Assembly (NCBI GenBank): GCA_965208125.1
Contig: OZ242320.1
Span: 1,920,001-1,984,000, forward strand
From: Candidatus Latescibacterota bacterium
Lineage (GTDB): Bacteria; Latescibacterota; UBA2968
Length of the DNA stretch: 64,000 bases
Direction of reading: 5' to 3'
Made by a program: the position numbers and the translations under genes. The notes under the pieces were generated by a model. The model saw only the letters and a program-made list of their open reading frames with translations, did no database searches and was not told the origin of the DNA. This document shows positions 31,101 to 41,972 of this stretch, piece after piece (position 1 is the first letter of the stretch; every line of letters starts with the position of its first letter).

Positions 31101-34100
31101 CGGCGCGCTCTACGGAGCCATGGCGTGCGCGGCGGCGTTCCTCGAAGAGAGCGGATCAGTAGCCGTGGAGGATTTCCAGTTGCACAACGCGATGGTTTTC
31201 GAAGAGGAGGACGAGACGGATGAAGAAGGCAGGAAGATGCAGGTCGTGCTCAACGCCTCTGAGCAGGCATCGTCACGCGAAGTCCAGATATTCAGCAAGG
31301 GGAGTGAAGGGGAATGGACGGTACACGTGGAGGGTCGCGTGTCATCGGGTGTCCCTATACCGGAAGCAGGTGAGAGGATCGATCTGGAAAGCCTCAAGGC
31401 CGGTCTGTCGCCGATGGACGTGGCAGGCTACTACCGCCACAGAGCGAGTACCGGGGTCGATCTCGGTCCGTTCTTCCGCACGCTTGGAAGGGTCTGGTCC
31501 CGTCCGGGCGAGGCATTGGGCGAGGTGTCTCTGCCGGAAACTCTGACCGGGCACGGACTGGATGTCCATCCGCTCGTCCTGGACGGTTGTTTTCAAGTCG
31601 TGGGCGCGGCGCGTAACCTGGAGGGAACCGGGAGCGAAACCACATATCTGCCGTTTGGCTGGGAGCGGCTGTGGCTGACGGGAAGGCTACCGGATCGGAT
31701 TATCTGTCATGTGCGCTTGAGTGAGGCTTCCCAGGGACTGGAAACGGACGAACCTCCGGAAGTCCTGAGCGGAGAACTGAACATCTACGATCTGAACGGC
31801 GTTCCGCTCGGTGGCTTGAGCGGATACACAGTGAAGCGGGCGACGCAGGAAGCATTGCTCTCGGCAGTCGAAGGCGTGAAGGATCTCCTGTACGAGGTGG
31901 TGTGGCGCGATCGCGATCTTACACCAGGCATAACACCTGCGGACTTCTTCCCAGATCCGGCAACTGTCGCGGAAAGTTCGCAGGCGTTTGCTGGTTATCT
32001 GACGGATGCGGGCGTCGATCCCGAAGGCAGGGACGCCCTGCTCGCGGACCTGGAGCGGTGGTCGTGGTCCCGCGCCTTCGCAACTCTAAAAGAGCTGGGT
32101 TGGCAGCGCAAGACGGGCGAAACCGTGGATCCCGAAGACTTGCGGCAACGCCTGCAGGTCATTGAGGAACACAAGCGCCTCTTTCGGCGGATGCTCGAAA
32201 TGCTCGCCAAATCGGGAGTGTTGGAGGAGAAGGGCGACGGCTTCGTCGTGGCCATAGGACCCGAGGATCCATTGCCAGAAGAAATGCCGGGCGATCTTGA
32301 GGAATTCGCCTCCCGGATGACCGGGCTATACCCGCACGGCTTAACCGAGATCGGCCTGTTTCGGCGCTCTGGCAATGCTCTGGCTGAGGTACTTCGCGGT
32401 CGCGAGGATCCGCTGACACTTTTGTTTAGCAGCGGAGAACCGACCGCGGCCGATCTGTATCTGAAGGCACCTGTGGCGCGCGCGGCGAACCGCATGCTGG
32501 GAGACGCGGTGCGAGCACTCGTGGCCGCATTGCCGGATGGACGACGCCTCAGAGTGATCGAGGTCGGTGCGGGTACCGGGTCTGCTACCGCGTCCGTATT
32601 GCCAGAACTTCCGGAAGGGCTGTTCGACTACATGTACACGGATATATCCGCGGGCTTCTTTGCGGAAGCCGAGGCGCGGTTCGGAGACGAGGCTATCGAA
32701 TACCGTCCACTGGATATCGAAAAGGATCCCGTGGAACAGGGCTTTGACGCCCATAGTTATGACTTGCTGATCGCGTCTAATGTGCTACACGCCACGCGAT
32801 ACCTGGAGGAAACGCTCGCGCACTGCCGTGACCTTCTCGCACCATCGGGACAGTTAATCGCACTCGAGAACCTTCGCGGTCTGGGTTGGATGGACCTGAC
32901 TTTCGGCCAGTTGGACGGATGGTGGCGATTTGCCGACAGCTTCCGCCCGGACCACGCCCTCGCCGGGCCTGCGGTGTGGCGACGCGCCCTCGGCAACGTG
33001 GGTTTCGGTGAAGTAGAGGTCCTGGGAGTAGATGAGTCCGACACCACCAGGATGCTGGATAAGGGCGTGATCGTAGCGCAGGGTCCAGCGGTGGTGACAG
33101 AGCAGGGTGGCGCGTGGATTCTGGCGGCAGACCAGAGGGGAGCGGCAGCAGAACTCGCGGCAGAACTCGCGGCGCGGAACCAGACAGTTGTGCTGGCCTG
33201 CAGCGATGACCCGCAGGTGGAGGAAGGCTCTAAAGTTATTAAAAAAACCATAGATATGGAGCAGCGCGAGGCGTGGGGATCACTCCTGAAGGGGCTACCG
33301 GACGATGTGCCGCTCAGTGGCGTTGTGCATCTCGCGGCACTGGACGGCCACGGGGCACAGGCCACGACCGGGGAAATAGCGGAGGATGTACGACGGGCGG
33401 GAGCGAGCGCACTGGCATTGGTACAGGGCGTCTCTGATTCCGATGTGACACCTGAAAAGGGCGTGTGGTTTATCACGCGCGGAGCACAGGTATTGGAGCG
33501 AGAGCGCGGTGGCGAACTCGCCGGCGCAACACTCTGGGGCTTCGGCAAAGCGGTAGCCCGAGAAGCGGCGCATCTGCAGCCGAGGATGATCGATCTGGAT
33601 CCCGGAGAGACGGCACCGGCACCCGATCTCGTCAATGAACTTCTGTATCCCGATTCTGAAAATCACATCGCGTACCGCGAGGATACCCGCCGCGTAGCCC
33701 GCCTGATTCGGATGGGCACCGAAGCGGAGCGTCTGTCTCTGCCTGAGGAGCCTGACTGGGTGCTGGCTCCGGATCCAACTGGCGTATTCGACAGGCCGTA
33801 TGTCCAGCCACTACCGGCACCTCCTCTCGAACCGCGCGAAGTTCGCGTCGCAGTCGAGGCCTCCGGGCTTAACTTCTGGGATGTGTTTCGTTCACTCGGC
33901 TTTATTGAAGAGGGGAATCTGGGCAGGGAGATGTGCGGCTACATTCTCGAGGTGGGTTCCGATGTCTCGACCATTTCCGTCGGCGACCATGTGGTCGGAT
34001 TGGGATTCGGGGCGTTCGGGGCGCAAATGGTCACTCGGGAAGAATTGGTGGCACCCGCGCCATCGGGATTCTCAGTCACTGGACTTGCCACAGTGCCGAG

Positions 34101-37100
34101 CGCGTTCGTATCCGCTGCGCTGTCTTTCGAACTCTCGGGACTGGAGGCCAGCGATCGGGTACTGATTCACGCTGGTTCGGGCGGTGTGGGATTGGCAGCG
34201 ATCCAATTGGTACAAGCCGCGGGCGCAGAGGTCTTTGCCACCGCAAGCGCGCCAAAGCAGGCATATCTCCGGTCACTGGGCGTGGAACACATATTCGACA
34301 GCCGCCAGACAGCGTTCGGCAAGGAAATCCTCGAAGCTACGAATGGAGAGGGCGTCGATGTGGTGCTGAACAGCCTGACGGGAGAGGGCTTCATCGACGC
34401 GAGCCTGTCCTGCCTCAAGCACGGCGGCAGATTCGTGGAACTGGCCAGACGAGACATCTTGAGCGAGGAAGAGATGGCGGCTGTGCGTCCGGATGTTGCC
34501 TACGATATCCTGGAACTGGATGTTCTGAAAAAAACCGACCCGGCGTGGGTGGGAAGAGTCCTGCGGGACGTGATGGCGCGCCTTTCGTCGGGAGAACTGA
34601 AAACGATCACCCACAGCAGGTGGCCGCTCGCCGAAGCCGGTGCCGCGCTGAGCTTCATGCGTGCTGCCCGGCACATAGGAAAAATCGTCGTAACGACGCC
34701 ACCAACCCTGAAGGGCAGATTGCGACAAGACCGTACCTATCTGGTGACCGGCGGTCTGGGTGGGATCGGATGCGCCGTAGCAGACTGGCTGGCGGATCGG
34801 GGTACGGGCGCAATCGCGCTAAACGGGCGCCGCGCACCTGATGCCGAGGCTGAAGAGACAATCCGCAGGCTGCGGGAACGCGGCGTGAAAGTGCAGGTAG
34901 AGATCGCAGACATGACGGATGCCGCCGCAATAGATGAGATGATGGCGCGGATAGATGAGACGCTACCGCCGCTCGGAGGTGTGATCCACAGCGTGGGCGT
35001 GCTGTCGGACGGCGCGCTGACCAACCAGAGTTGGGACCGCTTTGAAACGGTACTCTGGCCGAAGATACTGGGCGCCTGGCATCTGCACCAGGCGACTGTA
35101 GATCGCGATCTGGACATGTTCGTCCTCTTCTCGAGTCGGGTCGGCGTCATGGGCAATCCGGGCCAGGCGAACCACGCCTCAGCCAATGCGTTTCTGGATC
35201 AACTCGCCGGTCACCGCCGCGCGATGGGGCTACCCGGACAGGCCATCGCCTGGGGAGCGTGGTCGGAGATCGGCGAAGCAGCGGAACAGCGGGATCGAAT
35301 CGACCGACAGCGGTCAGCGCTCGGCGGCCGCTGGTTCACCCCGCAACAGGGTATCCGGGCATTCGATCAACTCGTGCGCCAGGACGCCACAACTTCCGTG
35401 GTGATGTCGATGGACTGGTCAGTGTTCGAAGAAGCGGTCGAAGATCGTCCCCCATTTCTGGAGGACATGCTATCCGCCGCTGCGGACGACGAAGCCGACG
35501 CCTCGGCCTCGTCAGGAGACCTGCTTTCCCAGCTACGGGGAGCACCGACGGCACCCGAAGAACTGCTCGTATCCTTCCTGCAGCAGGAAGTACAGGCTGT
35601 GCTGAGGTTGCCGACAGTGCCAGAGCCTACAGTGGGCTTTTTCGATTTGGGGATGGACTCGCTGATGGCGGTAGAATTGCGGAATCGCCTGAACCGGGCA
35701 TTTGCCGATGAGTACGTGGTACCCAACACCGTGGTATTTGACTACCCGGACATCGCCAGTCTCGCCCGCCATCTGGTCGAGGAACTCGGCGACATCAGCA
35801 GTGCACCAGCCCCTCAGCCTCAGGTGCAACCCGAACCAGAACCGCAGCCGGAAGAGCAGCGCGAGGACGATAGCATTGCGATCGTGGGCATGGCGTGCCA
35901 CTTCCCCGGTGCGACGGATCTTTCCACCTTCTGGCGCCTGCTCGAAGCAGGTGCGGACGCAGTGACCGACGGGCGCCAGGATCCCGGTTCATGGAACAAT
36001 CTCGCCAAAGACCTTCCCTTCAAATACGCCGCTTATCGCCGGGGCGGATTTGTCGAAGGAATTGATCAATTTGACGCGAGATTCTTTCGGATTTCGCCGA
36101 TTGAAGCGCGCCTGATGGATCCGCGGCAGCGCATGATGCTGGAGACGACCTGGCAAGCAATTGAGGATGCGGGGATGGATCCAGACGAATTGAGAGGCAG
36201 CCGCACCGGGCTATATGCCGGCATCGCCACCAGTGAATACCGGGACCTGATGACAGCCAGCGACTACGGCATCAGTTATTTGGGCACTGCCGCGAGCATG
36301 ACCGTCGGACGAATTGCTTTCCTCCTCGGTCTGGAGGGACCGACAATACCGGTGGAACTCAACTGCGCGTCATCACTCGTCGCGGTACACCAGGCAGTGA
36401 TGGGTTTGCGGCAAGGCGAAGTAGATATGGCTCTGGTTGGAGGGACACACGCCGTTCTGTCACCTGATTTAACCAGAGAAATGGCGGACCTGGGCATGTT
36501 GTCGCGAGAGGGGCAGTGCAGGTCCTTCGACGCCTCTGCAGATGGCTTCACGCGAGGCGAGGGCTGTGGGATGGTCATCCTCAAACGGCTGAGCGAGGCA
36601 GAAGCCGACGGCGACCGCATCTGGGGCGTGATCCGCGGGTCTGCGGTCAACCAGAACGGAGCGAGCGCAGGACCCACAGTGCCAAACGGACCGGCACAGG
36701 AGCGGGTGATTGAAGAGGCACTGTCACGGGCAGGTGTCGTCCCATCCGAAGTAGATTATCTGGAAGCCCACGGAGGTGGATCGGAGTTGGGAGACCCGAT
36801 CGAAGTTCAGGCAGCGGCTGCTGTTTACGGCAAAGGCCGCGAAGCAGACCGCCCGCTTTTGATCGGTTCCGTGAAGACAAACATCGGTCACCTGGAGCCA
36901 GTTGCCGGAGTTGCGGCTCTGATTAAGGCAGTGCTCGCCATGAAGCGGGGGATAATACCAAAGCACCTGAACTTCGAAAATCCGAGTCCGCATATAGACT
37001 GGGACCGGTTGCCGGTACAGGTGACTTCCGAACTGACGGAGTGGCCGAGCCATCCCAATCGTCCGCCGCGAGCGGGAGTCAGCGCCTTTGGGATATCGGG

Positions 37101-38223
37101 AACAAATGCCCATGTTGTCGTAGAAGGGTATGACAGCCCGGATACAACGCCTGTGGGATCAGCACAACCCGTTTCCCTGTCGGTAGATCTCATAGGCGAG
37201 GAAGAAGCGTTCGCCCCGCGCCAGACCCGGCTCCTGCCCCTATCTGGTAAAACCGATGAGGCACTTCGAGACTTGACAGGACGCTATCTGTCTTGGATCA
37301 ATGAGCTTGCCTCCGAAGGTACGGACCTGCTTGCCGACATGGCGTGGACAGCGGGTGTGGGACGCAGCCATTTCGATCACCGCGCGGGCATCGTATTCCA
37401 GGATATCGAAGCGCTGCGAGAAAAACTACAGGCACTCTCAGAAACAGGAGAAAGACCAGAGCCGCGTACAGCGACAAAGATCGCCTTCGCGTACACCGGA
37501 CAGGACAGCCAGTGGATCGGCATGGGGAAAGACCTCTACGAAAGCGAGCCAGTAGTCCGCGCAGTTCTGGACCGCTGCGACAAAGTAATTCTGGAAGAGA
37601 GAAACACCTCCTTGCTGGACGCGATGTTCGGCCAGACCGGTGATTTATCTGACCTGCCAGCCATCTACGCACTGGAATCCGCACTTACGGCACTGTGGTC
37701 AAGCGTGGGAATTCAGCCCAGCGTGGTGGTCGGGCAAGGTATAGGGGAAATTGCAGCGGCACAGGCGGCGGGCGTCTTTAGCCTGGAAGACGGATTGCGG
37801 GTTGCGCTGGAAAGGGATACGGGCAATCTGGAATCCACCCTCACAGACGTCACAATCGCATCGCCATCTCTGGTCCTTGTGAGCAGTGTGACAGGGGGAG
37901 TCGAAGTTCTTGACGCGGCGTACTGGCGTCGGCAAGCCCATGAACAGGTGGCATTCGACAAATGCGTGAAGAAATTGGCCGACCTGGGGGTCAATGTAAT
38001 CATTGAGATCGGCCCGAACGCGGTGCCGGGACCGATAGAAGGCGACGCGAATCCACCAGTTGTGCTATCGAGTTTGGGAGACAACGATTTTGTACAAGCA
38101 GTAGCAAAGGCGTATGAAGCGGGCCTCTCTGTTTCATTTCCCGGGCTATTTGCGGGAGAAACGCGCCGGCGCATCTCGCTGCCGAGCTATCCATTCCAGC
38201 ACCAGCACTATTGGATTCAATAG
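28177..38223 (+). CDS. supA: Sup-type type I PKS, KS-AT-DH-cMT-ER-KR-ACP-KS-AT0, interrupted by an in-frame TAG at 30616-30618
   Basis: KS DAACASS/HGTGT/NVGH; AT GHSIG, AFHS; DH HKVFGRIVAP; MT EVGAGTG; ER HAGSGGVG; KR TGGLGGIG; ACP LGMDSL; second KS and AT; ORFs 28162-30618 and 30622-38223 share one frame. Confidence 0.85.
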
Positions 38224-38245
38224 TGAAAACGATTAGAAAAAAAAA

Positions 38246-38274
38246 TTGACTTTACGTCTGCCAATTACTATCTT
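38246..38274 (+). promoter_or_regulatory. sigma70-type promoter of the ACP gene
   Basis: TTGACT-N17-TATCTT; AAGGAG RBS downstream. Confidence 0.65.
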
Positions 38275-38313
38275 CTCGGTTCAAACCATCTACCTTACGA
38301 AAGGAGAATAACA

Positions 38314-38556
38314 ATGGCTTCAACCGCAGAACGTATCAGAAACCTCATCGCGGAAAATCTGGAAGTCGATGGTCAGCCAATTGCGCTGCCCGATGATCTG
38401 AACATCAGCCTTCAGGAGGCCGGAATTTCTTCCGTAGATCTCGTTGCGTTCGCGAAAGTAGTCGCACAGGAATTCAACGTTGAATTTACGCTTGAAGATT
38501 GTGGTGATGTCAAAAGCGTACAGGAACTGGTCGATCGGCTGGACGCAGCTGGCTAA
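38314..38556 (+). CDS. free-standing acyl carrier protein (SupB-like)
   Basis: 80 aa, acidic, AGISSVDL phosphopantetheine-site variant. Confidence 0.85.
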   Translation: MASTAERIRNLIAENLEVDGQPIALPDDLNISLQEAGISSVDLVAFAKVVAQEFNVEFTLEDCGDVKSVQELVDRLDAAG

Positions 38557-38592
38557 AATCCTCTCCAGCCGGAGAACGTACGCTTCTTACAG

Positions 38593-38629
38593 AACAGGCC
38601 CCGGATGGAAATTCGGGGCCTGTTGTTTT
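38593..38629 (+). terminator. intrinsic terminator after ACP
   Basis: AACAGGCCCCG...CGGGGCCTGTT followed by GTTTT. Confidence 0.8.
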
Positions 38630-38671
38630 ATGGGGATTCAATGAAGGTTCTGCTTATTCAACCTTAAACAC

Positions 38672-38696
38672 GGGCGACCACAAGGGTCGCCCCTAC
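38672..38696 (-). repeat. GTAG-type REP element, followed by a 10-mer repeat CCTTCGTGTC x2.5
   Basis: minus strand GTAGGGGCGACCCTTGTGGTCGCCC. Confidence 0.7.
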
Positions 38697-38748
38697 GATC
38701 CCTTCGTGTCCCTTCGTGTCCTTAGTGGATTTTACATCTCACTTCACA

Positions 38749-40500
38749 ATGAGCACCAATAACCCCAGCAGTGCTTCACGCATCCGCTACCAGCCTGACG
38801 ACAGGCTCTCGGCCACCCTCTCCCTTGGACTTGGCTTCCAAATCGCCGTTCTCAGTATAGCTGGCATCATATTGATCCCAACAGTCGTGATGCGCGCTGC
38901 GGATGCGACCGAAGCCTATCTGTCATGGGCCGTGTTTACCGCTGTCGCAGTCGGCGGCGCGGCCACAATGCTGCAAGCATTCCGCATCGGCCGAATCGGC
39001 ATGGGTTACATACTCGCTATGGGACCTTCTGCGGCCTTTATCGCGGTCTGCATCACAGCGGTTGCCGAAGGCGGTCCGGCGATGCTCGCCACTCTGGTTG
39101 TCATCACATCGCTCGTCCCGCTTGTACTTTCCTATCGGCTTTCGCTGTTCCAGCGGATTCTGACCCCGACTGTCGCGGGAACAGTAATCATGCTGATACC
39201 CATCACAGTGATGCCGGCCATCTTGAACCTGCTGTCAGCCACGCCACCCGGGACCCCGGTCTTATCTGCTCCGCTGAGTGCGCTTGCAACGATCATCATC
39301 ATCAGCGGCATCGCGCTAAAGGCAACAGGAGCGTGGCGCCTGTGGGCACCTGTCATCGGCGTTGTCGCCGGCTCGATAATTGGCGGCTTCTTCGGTCTAT
39401 ACGACACAGACCGCGTTGCCGGGGCTTCGTGGATCGGCTTGCCCACAAACGAATGGCCGGGCTTTGATCTCAATTTTGGACCGACATTCTGGGCACTGCT
39501 TCCGGCATTCTTGCTCGTCGCCGTAATCAATTCCATCCGAACGATCAGCAGTGCCATCGCCATCCAGCGCATATCGTGGCGCCAGAGCCGGGCAGTGGAT
39601 TTCCGGGCGGTGCAGGGTGCGTTAACCGTAGATGGTATGAGCACCCTGATCTCCGGCATCGCGGGAACAATGCCAAACACAGCCTATACGGTGGGCGTAT
39701 CGGTAACCGAACTCACCGGGGTCGGCGCCCGCAGCGTCGGGGTTGCCACCGGGGCAGTGTTCATTGCTATGGCGTTCCTTCCGAAAGTACTCGCCTCGAT
39801 CCTAGCAATACCAGGTCCCGTCATCGCAGCTTATCTCACCGTACTGCTGGCAGCCCTCTTCGTAGTCGGCATGAAGATAGTCGTTCAGGATGGAATCGAC
39901 TATCGCAATAGTATGATCGTCGGCATCGCGTTCTTTGTCGGGATTGGTTTCCAGAGCGGCCTGATATTTCCCGAATACATCTCGGAATTTGCGGGCGGTC
40001 TGCTGGAGAATGGAATGAGCGCGGGCGGTTTCACAGCCATCCTCATGACGATATTCGTGGAAATAGCAGAACCTCGCCGCAGTCGGATAGAGACGGAGTT
40101 CGATATTTCCGCTCTGACAAAAATTAGAGACTTTCTCGGCGCATTTGCATCCCGCAATAGTTGGGACACCGCGATGTCGAACCGCCTATGCGCCGCCGCT
40201 GAGGAAACATTACTGACACTCATCCCGGAAGATGAAGAAGAACACGACCGACGGCGCTTGCGCCTTACCGCGTACAGAGAAGAAGGCGACGCAGTCATCG
40301 AGTTCATTGTCGCATCCGGAGAGGAAAATCTTCAGGATCAGATTGCGCTGCTCAGCGAGCAGGCGGACGAATTGTCCAGTGAGCGAGAAGTTTCTCTTCG
40401 GCTGTTGCGACACCTCGCGTCATCTGTTCGCCACCAGCAATATCACGATACGGATATCGTGACCGTGCGTGTGAAAGCTCACCATCACGCACCGCCATAA
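38749..40500 (+). CDS. NCS2 (xanthine/uracil) family permease with C-terminal degenerate HATPase/RsbW-like domain
   Basis: IRYQPDDR, TPTVAGTVIMLI, DGMSTLISG, TELTGV, FLPK; soluble C-terminal tail. Confidence 0.8.
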   Translation: MSTNNPSSASRIRYQPDDRLSATLSLGLGFQIAVLSIAGIILIPTVVMRAADATEAYLSWAVFTAVAVGGAATMLQAFRIGRIGMGYILAMGPSAAFIAVCITAVAEGGPAMLATLVVITSLVPLVLSYRLSLFQRILTPTVAGTVIMLIPITVMPAILNLLSATPPGTPVLSAPLSALATIIIISGIALKATGAWRLWAPVIGVVAGSIIGGFFGLYDTDRVAGASWIGLPTNEWPGFDLNFGPTFWALLPAFLLVAVINSIRTISSAIAIQRISWRQSRAVDFRAVQGALTVDGMSTLISGIAGTMPNTAYTVGVSVTELTGVGARSVGVATGAVFIAMAFLPKVLASILAIPGPVIAAYLTVLLAALFVVGMKIVVQDGIDYRNSMIVGIAFFVGIGFQSGLIFPEYISEFAGGLLENGMSAGGFTAILMTIFVEIAEPRRSRIETEFDISALTKIRDFLGAFASRNSWDTAMSNRLCAAAEETLLTLIPEDEEEHDRRRLRLTAYREEGDAVIEFIVASGEENLQDQIALLSEQADELSSEREVSLRLLRHLASSVRHQQYHDTDIVTVRVKAHHHAPP

Positions 40501-41924
40501 GCTCTGGCAAAATAGGTCTGGAATCCTTCGGGACCGGGCCACCCATCGAAAAGGCGGCAATTCTCGGGCACCTGACCTTCTGCGCCGTTTTTGAGCCAGT
40601 CAATCAGAATGGGATCGGCACCCCGGCGCTCGAGTTCGGAAAGCCCAGCGACATGCAAGTTCTGGACGCGGTCGGGATGTTCCGCTGCCGTGTTGTCCAG
40701 CGACCCATAAGGCGTGAGCCTGCAGTCTCCTGCTTCGGGTTGCCATTCCAGATACCCCTCCTGATCGAACACAGTGAAAAATCCGCGCTGTTTTGCCCAT
40801 CCCCGGGCAGTGCCCGCAAGCGCGAGTTGACGCCTTCCCGCACTGCCTTCCCGCGCGGCGGCGAGAATATCCTGGCTATCTATGTCCCCTGGAATGGGCG
40901 CACCGGCCAAATTGGCTACAGTAGCAAAAAAATCCTGGGGTTGGAAGATGGCCGAACTGCGTCCCCCATCGCCTTCGGGGGCTTTGATAATGAGCGGGAT
41001 GTGAATCTCCTGCTCGTACACAGGCGCGTACTTGCCAAAGCGCCCGCGCTCACCGACATTAGTACCGTGATCCCCAGCAATAATGATCGCGGTATTTTTG
41101 TTCAAGCCTGTGGCGTCAAAAGCCTCGAGAAACCGTCCGAAACAGTGATCCATCCAGGTGACCTTAGCCGCGTAACTCGCTTTGAGACGCGCTTTGGCTT
41201 CATCGGGCAAATTGGGATTGTTGCGCGGGCCTTGAAAAGCGCGGGGATCAAGCCGCCCATCGTAACCGGGGGTCTTGTCGTATTTGAGCATAAAGGCCGG
41301 AGGTACATCCCATGGTTCGTGGGGATCAAAGCAATCAATCCAGAGAAAGAAATTTTCCCGCCGCGCATTATCCCGCAAGAATTGGGCTGCCGTATTGAAC
41401 AATTTGGCGCAATTCCAGTCGTCCAAATTTGTGCGTCCCCGGTTGGTACGGGCATACGTGTAATTGTGTTTTGTCAGATCCGCGTCCTCTCCCAGAGCAT
41501 CGAATACAGGATCTTTGCACCAATTGCTCGGCCACTGCGCTTCATCGTCCATCCATGCGCGGTCAACTTCTGCACCGCGGATAAACGTCCACGTGTGAAA
41601 GGGATAATCAAATGCGTGCCCACCGTTGACGAGATGAGGCGTATCGTGAATGAGTTGTGTCGCGTATCCCGCATCCCCCAGCACAGAGGGAAGAGACCGC
41701 GTGTCAAAAGGCAGGGGCTTCCACGTGTGAAAAGGACTGCCGTATTTTCCGGTCATAACATCCGTGCGATAGGGAATAGTGGGAAAACTGGCGGCAAAAG
41801 CGCGGTCAAAGCACCACGATTGCGCGGCCAGGCGATCGAGGTTGGGCGTTTCGATCCAATCATTTCCATTAGCACCAATATAGTCATAGCGCATTGTATC
41901 AATGATAATGAGGACAATATTCAT
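40485..41924 (-). CDS. sulfatase-like hydrolase with Thr at the nucleophile position
   Basis: IIDTMRYD, TPNLDRLA, SFPTIPYRTDVMTG, FDPHEPWD, DHG. Confidence 0.85.
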   Translation of the reverse strand: MNIVLIIIDTMRYDYIGANGNDWIETPNLDRLAAQSWCFDRAFAASFPTIPYRTDVMTGKYGSPFHTWKPLPFDTRSLPSVLGDAGYATQLIHDTPHLVNGGHAFDYPFHTWTFIRGAEVDRAWMDDEAQWPSNWCKDPVFDALGEDADLTKHNYTYARTNRGRTNLDDWNCAKLFNTAAQFLRDNARRENFFLWIDCFDPHEPWDVPPAFMLKYDKTPGYDGRLDPRAFQGPRNNPNLPDEAKARLKASYAAKVTWMDHCFGRFLEAFDATGLNKNTAIIIAGDHGTNVGERGRFGKYAPVYEQEIHIPLIIKAPEGDGGRSSAIFQPQDFFATVANLAGAPIPGDIDSQDILAAAREGSAGRRQLALAGTARGWAKQRGFFTVFDQEGYLEWQPEAGDCRLTPYGSLDNTAAEHPDRVQNLHVAGLSELERRGADPILIDWLKNGAEGQVPENCRLFDGWPGPEGFQTYFARAYGGA

Positions 41925-41972
41925 GGAAACCTCCAGGGATATATCTATGGAAAACACGTCAATAAAACACAA

